The notes beneath the pieces are model-generated. The model saw only the letters and a program-made list of their open reading frames with translations, searched no databases and was not told where the DNA came from. Both the position numbers and the translations under genes were made by a program. Shown here one piece after another: positions 44,542-56,075 of a stretch of DNA of 56,726 nucleotides. This DNA comes from a virus (lineage: Duplodnaviria > Caudoviricetes), in IMG/VR virus record IMGVR_UViG_3300032333_000153, positions 1 through 56,726 of that record. One strand, given 5' to 3'. Numbering within the stretch: position 1 is the first letter of the stretch; each line of letters begins with the position of its first letter.

Positions 44542-44778
44542 ATGGGTGCTTACAAAGGCAAGGCTTCCACGATCAAGGAAGCTGAAGAGAAGACCAACGG
44601 CTTCAAGAAGGGCGGCATGGCCGCCAAGAAGATGGCCGGCGGCTACGCGAAGGGCGGCTCGTCCAAGAAGGTCATGTCCTCTGCTGAGAGCTGCGAGCGT
44701 CCCGCCCGCAAGAGTGGTGGCGGCGTGTTCTCCTCGGCGGCGTCCGGCACGCCTCGCGGCAAGGCTTCCCACTACTGA
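44542..44778 (+). CDS. Small basic xxxGG-motif protein
   Basis: FKKGG, KMAGG, YAKGG, RKSGG. Confidence 0.65.
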   Translation: MGAYKGKASTIKEAEEKTNGFKKGGMAAKKMAGGYAKGGSSKKVMSSAESCERPARKSGGGVFSSAASGTPRGKASHY

Positions 44779-44849
44779 GCGTTTTCTCCCTTTCCGTTCA
44801 GTCGTGGGAGCGGGGGCCTTTGAGCCCCCGCACTTGCATGGAGGGTACG

Positions 44850-45095
44850 ATGGCGAAGTCACCGGCATGGACCCGCTCTGAGGGCAAGAGCCCGAGCGGT
44901 GGCCTTAATGAGAAGGGCCGCGCGTCTTTGCGAGCGGCTGGCCACGACATTAAGCGCCCGCAACCTGAAGGTGGTGCGCGCAAAAAGTCATTCTGTGCTA
45001 GAATGACGGGCATGAAGCGCAAGTTGACGGGTGCCGCTGCGGCGGCGGATCCCAACAGCCGGATCAACAAAGCTCTTCGCAAGTGGGATTGCTGA
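44850..45095 (+). CDS. DUF6321-like small basic phage protein
   Basis: AW.R.EGK.P.GGLN.KGR...RKKSFCARM...SRINKALRKW.C. Confidence 0.7.
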   Translation: MAKSPAWTRSEGKSPSGGLNEKGRASLRAAGHDIKRPQPEGGARKKSFCARMTGMKRKLTGAAAAADPNSRINKALRKWDC

Positions 45096-45096
45096 C

Positions 45097-45264
45097 ATGG
45101 CCAAGCCATTCTGGGAAAAAGACGCTCCAGCAGGCGCGAAAAAGCGAAACATGAGCCGTCAGCAGGTTAAGGCGGCGAAGGCAAAAGCTCGCGCAGCGGG
45201 TCGGCCTTATCCTAATTTGATCGACAACGTGGCCGCCAGCCGCGCCAAGACGAAAGGCAAGTAA
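45097..45264 (+). CDS. Small basic phage protein
   Basis: AKAKARAAGRPYPNLIDN. Confidence 0.6.
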   Translation: MAKPFWEKDAPAGAKKRNMSRQQVKAAKAKARAAGRPYPNLIDNVAASRAKTKGK

Positions 45265-45265
45265 G

Positions 45266-45586
45266 ATGTTCATTGGCACCATTACGGCTTCTGGCGCTGG
45301 GCGCAGTTCCGTTGTCGCTCCTGACCACTTCCAGACCCCGTTCAACGTCGGGATCGTGGCCAAAGTCACGGGCACAATCACTTTCAGCATCGAGTATTCG
45401 ATGGCTGATCCGATGGCGTCCGGCTACGTCGCTGGGTCTCAGACGTGGGTGGCTGCGACTGGCTTCTCGGGCATCTCGGCCACGACTGGGGGCTCGTTGA
45501 CTGTGCCTTGCCGTGCTATCAGTGTGAATGTGGCCTCTGGCGACGGCTCCGTTGTCGTTGAGCTTATTCAGGCAGGCCCTGCGTAA
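45266..45586 (+). CDS. Small beta-sandwich virion protein
   Basis: TPFNVG...IEYS..DP...PCRAI...QAG. Confidence 0.6.
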   Translation: MFIGTITASGAGRSSVVAPDHFQTPFNVGIVAKVTGTITFSIEYSMADPMASGYVAGSQTWVAATGFSGISATTGGSLTVPCRAISVNVASGDGSVVVELIQAGPA

Positions 45587-45597
45587 GGAGCGCCCCG

Positions 45598-46275
45598 ATG
45601 GCGACCAGCGGCACATACACATTCAACCCCGGCCTCGGCGAGATCGTTCTTTATGCCTATCAAAATATAGGCGTAAGGCCTGCCGCTGTTCTTCAAGAGC
45701 ACATGGAGTCCGCCCGAATGGCGGCAAACATGATGCTTGCTAGATTCTCAAATATGGGGGTGAACCTCTGGGCCGTGGATCTCATCACCACGCCGCTGGT
45801 TCAGGGCACGGCGACGTATGCTGTCGATGCGAACACGGTGATGATCCTCGACGCTTACATCGTGTCGGACAGCATCGACCGCATCATCCTGCCGATCAGC
45901 CGCACCGAGTATGCGTCTTATCCCAATAAGGCGCAGCAGGGCTTTCCGACCACGTTCTGGTTCGACCGCCTGATCTCGCCGACCGTCACGCTGTGGCCGG
46001 TCCCGGACGGATCCCAGACGAGCCTGAAATACTACCGCGTGCGCCGCTTGCAGGACAGCAACCTTCAGGGCGGCCAGCAGGTTGAGATCCCGTATCTCTG
46101 GCTTGAAGCGTTCGCAGACGGGTTGTCGTATCGTCTGGCCCGGATCTGGTCTCCCCAGATGGCCCCGGCGCTGAAGGCGCAGGCGGATGAGAGCTATGAG
46201 ATCGCGGCAGCTCAGGGCATTGAGCAGGCGCAGCAGTACATCTCGCCCCAGCTATCCGGTTACTGGAGGGCTTGA
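45598..46275 (+). CDS. Head-tail adaptor-like protein
   Basis: MATSGTYTFN, N.GVNLW, ISRTEY..PNK.QG.P, LWPVPD. Confidence 0.7.
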   Translation: MATSGTYTFNPGLGEIVLYAYQNIGVRPAAVLQEHMESARMAANMMLARFSNMGVNLWAVDLITTPLVQGTATYAVDANTVMILDAYIVSDSIDRIILPISRTEYASYPNKAQQGFPTTFWFDRLISPTVTLWPVPDGSQTSLKYYRVRRLQDSNLQGGQQVEIPYLWLEAFADGLSYRLARIWSPQMAPALKAQADESYEIAAAQGIEQAQQYISPQLSGYWRA

Positions 46276-46772
46276 TGGGCTACGCCAGCCAACAGGGTCG
46301 CGCGAGGGTCAGTGCCAAGAGCCCGAGAGCAGCCGGTCAGTGCGACCGCTGCGGGTTTCTCTACACGCACGCGAACCTGCGCTGGCAGTTTGACTGGCGC
46401 GGCGCGTCGCTCCAGAACCTTCGCCTGCTCGTGTGCAGGTCGTGCGAGGACACGGCGCAGAACCAGCTTCGCGCCATTGTGGTGCCGGCTGATCCAATGC
46501 CGATCCAGAACCCGCGTGTTCCCAACTACGCGGAGGCCGCGAGCAACACGCGCGTCACCTCCGGTCAGGACACCGTCAATCAAGCGACCGGCATCCCGGT
46601 TCCCGGTGGCAACACGCGCATCACGCAGAACGACGATACTCGCGTCACGCAGCAGACTGGCGAGCCGCCGGGTGGCCTCAATGAGCAGCCCGGCACGGAC
46701 CCGAATGTTCCCGGTCCCGTCAATCTGCCTCCCAACAACACCTCCGTTCCAGAGACAGGGCCGCTGACATGA
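46275..46772 (+). CDS. Zn-binding neck/head-closure region protein
   Basis: CDRCGF.Y...LLVC..C.D..Q. Confidence 0.6.
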   Translation: MGYASQQGRARVSAKSPRAAGQCDRCGFLYTHANLRWQFDWRGASLQNLRLLVCRSCEDTAQNQLRAIVVPADPMPIQNPRVPNYAEAASNTRVTSGQDTVNQATGIPVPGGNTRITQNDDTRVTQQTGEPPGGLNEQPGTDPNVPGPVNLPPNNTSVPETGPLT

Positions 46773-47320
46773 TTTGCAAAAAGTGTCAGCAGGATAAGGA
46801 TCTGTCGTGCTTTTATGTAAGGCGCGAAAACGGTCGCTACCGTTCGGAATGCAAAGTTTGCCATAGCGAAAGAACCGCTAAATGGCAGTCTAAGAACAGA
46901 GATAAAGTCCGCTCTTATGTCCGAAAGTCTTGCAAAAAGGCATATGACAGAGATCCGGATAAGTATCGATCTAAATCAAAACAAAGACGCGAGGCTTTTC
47001 CTGAAAAGGTGAGACTATCAGTCAACTCCTCTTATAAAAAAGCTTACGCTATCCGGCACCCTCAAGAGAGGGCTCGGCTTAACGCGGCAAGCGCTGCGCG
47101 TAGGCGGGCTTCTCCTCCATGGTTGAGCGCTATTGAGCGTGCGCAGATACAAGAGTTCTATGATATTGCAAAATGCCTGTCAGTTCAGACTGGCATTAAG
47201 CACCACGTAGATCATATCATGCCGATCAAAGGATCAGCTTCGTCGGGACTCCATGTTCCGTGGAATCTTCAAATTCTTACGGCGTCTGAAAACTGCGCCA
47301 AGAAGAACAAGGTGATTTGA
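46769..47320 (+). CDS. HNH homing endonuclease
   Basis: CKKC...CKVC; HHVDHIMP...[16 protein letters not shown]; AT-rich. Confidence 0.88.
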   Translation: MICKKCQQDKDLSCFYVRRENGRYRSECKVCHSERTAKWQSKNRDKVRSYVRKSCKKAYDRDPDKYRSKSKQRREAFPEKVRLSVNSSYKKAYAIRHPQERARLNAASAARRRASPPWLSAIERAQIQEFYDIAKCLSVQTGIKHHVDHIMPIKGSASSGLHVPWNLQILTASENCAKKNKVI

Positions 47321-47321
47321 C

Positions 47322-49664
<2,343 letters not shown>

Positions 49665-49672
49665 GAACGCTA

Positions 49673-50551
49673 ATGCCTATCGTTTCTTCATTTGGTTCTA
49701 TTTCGTCTCGGGGCTTCGGCGAGTTTTCGCGCAGGGGGAAGTTTCCGGCCACTGTTGAGTATCTCGTAGTTGCTGGCGGCGGCGGCGGCGGGTGGAGCCG
49801 TGGCGGCGGCGGTGGAGCTGGTGGCTTCAGAACGGCAACTGGTTTGGCTGTTACGCCGGGTTCAGCAATAACAGTTACTATCGGCGCTGGAGGTATAGCG
49901 GCAATTGGCGGTGGTAAGGGCGGCGACGGCAGCAACTCAGTATTTAGCACAATTACTTCAGCCGGTGGTGGTGGCGGTGCTTCTTCGAATCTTTCAATTG
50001 GAAACAGTGGTGGTTCTGGTGGCGGCGGTACACTAGGTGGCTCGGCTGGCATTGGTAATACTCCCTCAACTTCTCCTTCTCAGGGCAATAACGGCGGAAC
50101 TGGCGCAACAACACCAGCATTCGGGGCGGGTGGCGGTGGCGGGGCTAGTGCAGCGGGGGCTAATGGGACAACTAGCGCAAGTGGGAAGGGCGGCAACGGC
50201 ACAGCCTCGTCAATATCCGGCACTTCAGTGACTTATGCTGGCGGCGGTGGTGGTGGTATGGATACGGCGGGCTCTGGTTCTCCCGGCGTTGGGGGAACCG
50301 GGGGCGGTGGAAATGGTGGAAAAACCAACGGAAGTAATACTGCCGGTACGGCCAACACAGGTGGCGGTGGCGGTGGCGGTGGGCGAAATCCGGGAGAGTT
50401 TGACGGCGCAGCAGGCGGTTCTGGCATCGTAATCATCCGTTATTCAGATACCTTTGATGCTGCAAGAGCGACCACGGGCTCACCGACGATCACAGTTGCA
50501 GGCGGCTTCAGGGTCTACACATGGACCGGATCAGGCAGCATCACTTTTTAA
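49673..50551 (+). CDS. Glycine-rich virion protein
   Basis: VEYLVVAGGGGGG...GTANTGGGGGG...GGSGIVIIRY. Confidence 0.8.
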   Translation: MPIVSSFGSISSRGFGEFSRRGKFPATVEYLVVAGGGGGGWSRGGGGGAGGFRTATGLAVTPGSAITVTIGAGGIAAIGGGKGGDGSNSVFSTITSAGGGGGASSNLSIGNSGGSGGGGTLGGSAGIGNTPSTSPSQGNNGGTGATTPAFGAGGGGGASAAGANGTTSASGKGGNGTASSISGTSVTYAGGGGGGMDTAGSGSPGVGGTGGGGNGGKTNGSNTAGTANTGGGGGGGGRNPGEFDGAAGGSGIVIIRYSDTFDAARATTGSPTITVAGGFRVYTWTGSGSITF

Positions 50552-50560
50552 GAGGAGACC

Positions 50561-50947
50561 ATGGCACACTTCGCAGAATTGGCTCAGAACAGCACCGTTC
50601 TTCAGGTTATCGTCGTCAACAACAGTGACGTGAACAACCTCCCGTTCCCGGAAAGCGAGCCTGTTGGGATCGCGTTCTGTCAGTCACTGCTCGGCCCGGA
50701 CACGCGCTGGGCGCAGACCTCCTACAACGCCAACTTCCGCTACAACTACGCGGGCATTGGTTACACATTCGACCCGACGCCCGCACCGAATGGCGCGTTC
50801 ATCCCGCCCAAGCCGTACCCGTCTTGGCTTCTGGACACCAACACGTTCCAGTGGAAACCACCCGTCCCGTATCCGACCGATGGCGGCATCTACACTTGGG
50901 ACGAGGAGACGCAGACGTGGGTTCCCGTGCCAGTTGAACCGGCCTGA
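50561..50947 (+). CDS. Fiber-associated (assembly-chaperone-like) protein
   Basis: MAHFAEL, W.QTSYN..FR.NYAGIG, FIPPKPYPSW, Y.WDE..W. Confidence 0.65.
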   Translation: MAHFAELAQNSTVLQVIVVNNSDVNNLPFPESEPVGIAFCQSLLGPDTRWAQTSYNANFRYNYAGIGYTFDPTPAPNGAFIPPKPYPSWLLDTNTFQWKPPVPYPTDGGIYTWDEETQTWVPVPVEPA

Positions 50948-50983
50948 CGCCTTAAATCTAACCGGCATTGAAAGGGAGAAGTC

Positions 50984-53215
50984 ATGCCGATCAGCTCTGA
51001 AAAGGGGAAGCCCTTTATAAAATGGGTGATGTCGAAGGTTCCGCACGCGCGCAAGCTCGACATCGGCTGCGGCTGTGGAACATACGCGAAGATGTTCCCC
51101 GGCGGGGAGTGGACCGGCGTTGAGATCTGGCAACCCTACGTCGAAAGGTACGGGTTAAACGATCTTTACCCAATGCTTTACAACCAAGATGCGCGCGTAT
51201 GGTCGCCAGATGAGGGGCAGGCTTTTGACGTGACGTTCTTGGGCGACGTTTTGGAGCATATGAGCACTGAAGACGCCAGAAACCTTATAGATCGCGCAAG
51301 AGGCTGGTCAGATACCGTCGTCGTTTCAATTCCTATTGGGTATCACCCTCAAGGAGAGTGGGAGGGGAACCCCCACGAGACCCACATTACTGACGACTGG
51401 ACGGTTGAGAAGTTCTTTGATGCCTTTGGTGCTCCAACAACATACCGCGTTGACGGCGAGATAGGCGTTTTCATCTACTCCAAACACGAAGATTTGCTGA
51501 AAGACGCAAATGTGATCCCCAAGAAGATTCATATTGTTTGGATTGGAGATGAAACCAAGCGCCCGGACGAGTGCATTCAGACATGGCGCGACAAGAACCC
51601 GGATTGGGAAGTGCGGGTTTGGGGAAATGCCGAATTTGAACAGCGGGAATGGCTAAACATCGCTCACATGAAAGCTGTGTGGGGCTCTCAGCCCTTCGGC
51701 GTTGCGGACATGATGCGATATGAAATTCTGTATGAAGAGGGAGGCTTTTGCATTGACGCGGACAGCGTCTGCGAAAGGCCCCTTGATGACTATATCTTTG
51801 GCCACCAAGCAGTTCTCTTTTACGAAAACGAGGTTGAGCGGCCGGGGCTGGTCGCCAACGGCTATATGGCGTCTGTTCCGAAGAACCCATTCTTTCTTCG
51901 GATTGCCGAGAGCATCAGAAACGACCTCAATGTTCCAAATTCTCATGCGTGTATGGCCACAGGGCCGTTCAAGCTAACTGAATGTCTGGGGTGGCTTCCG
52001 CACCACGGCATTGAGATACTTCCATCGCACTTGTTTATGCCGGAACACCACACTGGGAGGGCTTATTCCGGCGATGATGTATATGGTCGTCAGTTCTGGG
52101 GGAGTACGAAGAACACTTACGGCAGTAAGTTTGTCAATGATCGACCGCTAAAGATCGTTGTCTACGCCATCAGCAAAAACGAGGAACAGTTTGTTGACCG
52201 CTTTTGTGCGTCAGCGAAGGATGCTGATCTGATCCTCATTGCAGACACGGGGTCAACCGATGGGACAGTGGAAAAGGCACGCGCGAACGGCGCTGTCGTA
52301 CACGACATCCACGTTGCTCCTTGGCGTTTTGATAATGCCCGGAACGCTGCTCTGGCCCTTGTGCCGCGCGATTTCGACGTGTGCGTCTCAATGGATCTAG
52401 ACGAGGTTCTTCAGCCGGGATGGCGGGTGGAAATCGAGCGCCTCTGGAGGCTCGGCGAAACGACGCGCATGCGCTACCTTTTTGACTGGAGCTGCGGCAT
52501 CGTTTTCCACGCCGACAAGATCCACGCGCGAAACGGGTATCTGTGGCACCACCCCTGCCATGAAGTCATAGTCCCAGATGGCCGGACGACGGAAGTCTGG
52601 GCAAACACGAATGCACTGCTCGTCACGCATTACCCGGACCCCAGCAAAAGCAGGGGCCAATATCTTGATCTGCTCGCGATGTCGGTGAAGGAAGACCCGC
52701 ATTGCCCGCGAAATGCGTTCTATTACGCCCGAGAGCTGACCTACTACGGACGCTGGGCGGACGCGGTTGCTTCTCTGACCAAGTACCTTGGCATGCCGGA
52801 AGCAGTTTGGCGGGAGGAGCGCTCCTACGCCATGCGTCTCCTGTCGAAGTCCTATGCCGAGACTGGCGACGCCGAAAACGCGGAGAAGTGGCTGCATCTG
52901 GCATGCGTTGAGGCACCGGGCATGCGCGAGCCATGGTGTGACGCAGCCTTGCACATGTACAAAGCCTCGCGGTGGCCAGAATGCTTTGCATACGCGAGCC
53001 GTGCCCTTCTCATCCAGAACAGGGCCAATCTGTATATGGCCGACCCGGCCGTTTGGGGGCACTGGGCTGATGATCTCGCCGCGATTGCGGCGTGGAACTT
53101 AGGTCTGAAAGATATTGCCTTGATGCATGCGGAGAGGGCATTATCCCTTTCGCCCGACGACCCCCGGCTGGCAGGGAATGTTCGACTTATGCGCAGCAAC
53201 GGGGGCGAGACGTGA
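50984..53215 (+). CDS. Multidomain SAM methyltransferase + GT32-like (DXD) glycosyltransferase + GT2 glycosyltransferase + TPR protein
   Basis: LDIGCGCG/DVLEH; IPKKIHIVW.G, AD.MRYEIL..EGG..IDAD; ISKNEE, DTGSTDGT, SMDLDE; helical TPR tail. Confidence 0.85.
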   Translation: MPISSEKGKPFIKWVMSKVPHARKLDIGCGCGTYAKMFPGGEWTGVEIWQPYVERYGLNDLYPMLYNQDARVWSPDEGQAFDVTFLGDVLEHMSTEDARNLIDRARGWSDTVVVSIPIGYHPQGEWEGNPHETHITDDWTVEKFFDAFGAPTTYRVDGEIGVFIYSKHEDLLKDANVIPKKIHIVWIGDETKRPDECIQTWRDKNPDWEVRVWGNAEFEQREWLNIAHMKAVWGSQPFGVADMMRYEILYEEGGFCIDADSVCERPLDDYIFGHQAVLFYENEVERPGLVANGYMASVPKNPFFLRIAESIRNDLNVPNSHACMATGPFKLTECLGWLPHHGIEILPSHLFMPEHHTGRAYSGDDVYGRQFWGSTKNTYGSKFVNDRPLKIVVYAISKNEEQFVDRFCASAKDADLILIADTGSTDGTVEKARANGAVVHDIHVAPWRFDNARNAALALVPRDFDVCVSMDLDEVLQPGWRVEIERLWRLGETTRMRYLFDWSCGIVFHADKIHARNGYLWHHPCHEVIVPDGRTTEVWANTNALLVTHYPDPSKSRGQYLDLLAMSVKEDPHCPRNAFYYARELTYYGRWADAVASLTKYLGMPEAVWREERSYAMRLLSKSYAETGDAENAEKWLHLACVEAPGMREPWCDAALHMYKASRWPECFAYASRALLIQNRANLYMADPAVWGHWADDLAAIAAWNLGLKDIALMHAERALSLSPDDPRLAGNVRLMRSNGGET

Positions 53216-53223
53216 GGATAGCA

Positions 53224-53469
53224 ATGGACACGCAGTTCCTTTTCAACCTGTTTGCTGGGCTCGCTATCGGCGTTGGGGGATGGCTGGCTCGGCAACTGTG
53301 GGACAGTGTCCAGAGGCTGAAGGAGGAGGTCCATCAGATCGAGGTGGATCTCCCCCGCCACTACATCCGCAAAGACGAGTTCAAGGATGTCCTGAAAGAG
53401 ATTCGGGACATCCAAGCGGAAATCTTCCGCAAGATTGACGACCTCCGAAAAGAGAAGGCTGACAAGTAA
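53224..53469 (+). CDS. Holin-like membrane protein
   Basis: N-terminal TM plus coiled coil (LP..Y.RKD...KADK); near the endolysin. Confidence 0.55.
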   Translation: MDTQFLFNLFAGLAIGVGGWLARQLWDSVQRLKEEVHQIEVDLPRHYIRKDEFKDVLKEIRDIQAEIFRKIDDLRKEKADK

Positions 53470-54320
53470 TGGCCGACGACAAGGTCGCTATATGGGGCTC
53501 CGGCCTCAAGTTTGGTCGCAAGCCGGCCAACGGCGAGCTTTTGATCGGCAACGGCGAAGACATGACGATGGCGACCCTGACGGCAGGGGCCGGAGCGTCT
53601 ATCACGAATGCGGCGGGCGCGATCACTATCTCGGCGACCGGCACGGGCATTGGAACAGTCACGGCATCTTCACCCTTGGCATCGTCTGGTGGCTCAAGCC
53701 CGGACATTTCACTGACAGGGACTGTCGGCGTCGCCAACGGGGGCACCGGTCGCTCATCTCTCACGGCGAACAACGTCATTTTGGGTAATGGCACAAGCGC
53801 TGTTGGGCTGGTCGCTCCGGGCGCATCCGGGAACGTGCTGACAAGCGACGGCACGACGTGGGCGAGCGTGGCTCCTACCAGTCCGCGCGGCTATATACTC
53901 ATCCAGTCGATCTCGTCCGGCGGAACTGGGACAATAACATTCAGCTCAATTCCATCAACTTACGCGCAGCTATGGTTCTTCTTCAAAGGCGTTAGTTTCG
54001 GTAACGCTGCGGCTCCGCAAATGCAGGTCGAGTTTAGCACCAACAATGGGGCAACTTTTTCTGCTGCGACCACAATCACTAACGCCGTTGCAGCGGCAAA
54101 TACCTTTGATGGGTTTGTCCAATGCGTTAACTACGCTGAAACATCAATGCTAAAGACCTGTTTCATGAACCTCTACACGCCAACCGTTAATGCCATTGTC
54201 AATAACGCTCTCACCCTGAATGTGCCAACAACAGTCACGGGCGTCATCAATGCAGTACGTTTTTCCGTAACGGCCAGTGGCACTTTTGACGCTGGGCTAA
54301 TAGATCTGAAGGGGTTGTAA
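53469..54320 (+). CDS. Tail fiber/spike-like protein
   Basis: GVANGGTG, GNVLTSDGTTWAS, ITFSSIPSTY. Confidence 0.65.
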   Translation: MADDKVAIWGSGLKFGRKPANGELLIGNGEDMTMATLTAGAGASITNAAGAITISATGTGIGTVTASSPLASSGGSSPDISLTGTVGVANGGTGRSSLTANNVILGNGTSAVGLVAPGASGNVLTSDGTTWASVAPTSPRGYILIQSISSGGTGTITFSSIPSTYAQLWFFFKGVSFGNAAAPQMQVEFSTNNGATFSAATTITNAVAAANTFDGFVQCVNYAETSMLKTCFMNLYTPTVNAIVNNALTLNVPTTVTGVINAVRFSVTASGTFDAGLIDLKGL

Positions 54321-54973
54321 TGCTCAAGCACGGCAACACACCAGTTACAACGGTCTTCGTCCACTGCTCGGCCACGCAGTCCGACTGGATGGATGACCAG
54401 CCGTTGTCCGCGAAGGTCGCGGAGATTACCCGCTGGCACATCAAGCGGGGATTCAGCACGGGTGGCTATCACTATTACATCGACCGCAATGGTGAGATCG
54501 CCAAAGGGCGCGACGAAAGCACGCCGGGTGCGCATGTCGCGGGTCACAACACTGGCTCTCTTGGCATCTGCCTGATTGGTGGTCATGGGTCGAGCGAGAA
54601 TGACCCGTTCTCAAAGAACTACACCCCAGAACAGGAAATCGCGCTCCTCAATCTCATTGAAGACATCAAGACGCGCGCCAAAATCACCAAGATCCGGGGC
54701 CACAATGAAGTCGCCGCGAAGGCTTGCCCGGGTTTCAACGTCAAGCGCTGGCTGGAAAAAAAGCCAGCTAAGAAGAAGTTGAGTGAAAGCACCACCATGC
54801 AGGCCAGCGCAGTCCAGATCGCCTCCGGGGCGGGCGCGGCGGCCACTGCGATTGGCGCACTGGACGGCTACGCGCAGCTTGCGGTTATCGTTTTGGCGTT
54901 CGTCATCATCGCTGCCGGGGCGTGGATCATGCGTGAGCGCATTCGAAAGTGGGCTCGGGAGACTTCCTCATGA
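54320..54973 (+). CDS. N-acetylmuramoyl-L-alanine amidase endolysin (Amidase_2, T7-lysozyme-like) with C-terminal TM segment
   Basis: VHCSAT, GYHY.I, GAHV.GHN, GICL.GG, GHNE..KACPGF. Confidence 0.9.
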   Translation: MLKHGNTPVTTVFVHCSATQSDWMDDQPLSAKVAEITRWHIKRGFSTGGYHYYIDRNGEIAKGRDESTPGAHVAGHNTGSLGICLIGGHGSSENDPFSKNYTPEQEIALLNLIEDIKTRAKITKIRGHNEVAAKACPGFNVKRWLEKKPAKKKLSESTTMQASAVQIASGAGAAATAIGALDGYAQLAVIVLAFVIIAAGAWIMRERIRKWARETSS

Positions 54974-55212
54974 TCTGGTTGCGCTGGATTTTCTCGCCGG
55001 TGGGGCGCTGGGTCGCAACTGTCGGTGCGGCGTTCTCCATTCTGTTCCTCGCGTACTTCAAGGGGCGGCAGGAGGGCAAAGAGGCTATTGAGCGCGAGCA
55101 GGCTCATGAACGCGAGCGGAGGGCGAGAAATGCGATTGAGGCTGATAGCGCTGTGCGCCGCGACATTGCTGCTGGCGGGTTGCTCAAGAACGACGGGCAC
55201 CGGCGGGATTAA
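54970..55212 (+). CDS. i-spanin (Rz-like)
   Basis: N-terminal TM then charged helix; follows the endolysin. Confidence 0.65.
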   Translation: MIWLRWIFSPVGRWVATVGAAFSILFLAYFKGRQEGKEAIEREQAHERERRARNAIEADSAVRRDIAAGGLLKNDGHRRD

Positions 55213-55318
55213 CGAGTGCGATTTCTGGCAGCCAATCTCATGGAGCCAGAAGGACACGCCTCAGACGATCACCGAAGTGAAGATCAATAACGCCAAACGG
55301 GCGGCGTGGTGCAAGTAG
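55130..55318 (+). CDS. o-spanin (Rz1-like lipoprotein)
   Basis: Lipobox LLAG-C; overlaps the i-spanin in another frame. Confidence 0.7.
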   Translation: MRLRLIALCAATLLLAGCSRTTGTGGINECDFWQPISWSQKDTPQTITEVKINNAKRAAWCK

Positions 55319-55358
55319 CCAAAATCGTGTAAAGTCTAGCAAAATCGGCGGGCTCACC

Positions 55359-56072
55359 ATGACGACAGGCTTAACCTACACAACATACAAGTCGCAGATC
55401 GCGACGATGGCGGTCGTCGAAGAGTCAGATCCCAACTTTCTGACGATCCTGCCCATGATGATTGATTACGCCGAGTTGCGGATGTACCGCGACTTGGACT
55501 TCCTGTTCACCTCCACCACGAACAGCACGCAGACCTGCGTCGTCGGTAGCCGGCAGATCTCCGTTCCGGTGGGCACGTTCGTCGTCACCGACCAGATCAA
55601 CGTGATCTCTCCCGCCGGCACATCTGATCCCAACGCTGGCACCAGAAACCCGCTCCTGCCGACGACGAAGGAGTTTCTTGATGCGGTTTATGGGACACCG
55701 AGCGCGCCCGGACTGCCCAAGTTCTACTGCGCCTTCAACGACAACGTGTTCCTGATTGGACCGTTCCCGGATCAGGCGTACCGCGTCGAGATTACAGGCA
55801 CCTTCAGGCCGGCGTCGCTGTCGATCAGCAACCCGACGACGTTCATCAGCGAGTATCTGCCGGATCTCTTCGTGATGGCGTCGATGGTCTACATCTCGGC
55901 GTACCAGCGCAACTTCGGGCGCGCAAACGATGACCCTCAGATGGCCATCACTTATGAGAGCCAGTATCAGGCACTGCTGAAGGGCGCTGCTGTCGAAGAG
56001 GCGAGGAAGAAGTACGAGGCGTCTGCGTGGTCTTCGCAGTCCCCGTCGCCTGTCGCCACCCCGACGAGGTGA
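55359..56072 (+). CDS. Tail adaptor / tubular protein A-like
   Basis: I.YAE.R.YRDL, G.P.F, GP.PD.AY.VE, T.IS...PDL, YE.QY. Confidence 0.7.
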   Translation: MTTGLTYTTYKSQIATMAVVEESDPNFLTILPMMIDYAELRMYRDLDFLFTSTTNSTQTCVVGSRQISVPVGTFVVTDQINVISPAGTSDPNAGTRNPLLPTTKEFLDAVYGTPSAPGLPKFYCAFNDNVFLIGPFPDQAYRVEITGTFRPASLSISNPTTFISEYLPDLFVMASMVYISAYQRNFGRANDDPQMAITYESQYQALLKGAAVEEARKKYEASAWSSQSPSPVATPTR

Positions 56073-56075
56073 TGC

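Noticed and set aside
49673-50551. GG runs in the glycine-rich protein as part of the xxxGG tag set
   Set aside because: These are poly-glycine structural repeats without the basic/aromatic context, so they were excluded from the count.
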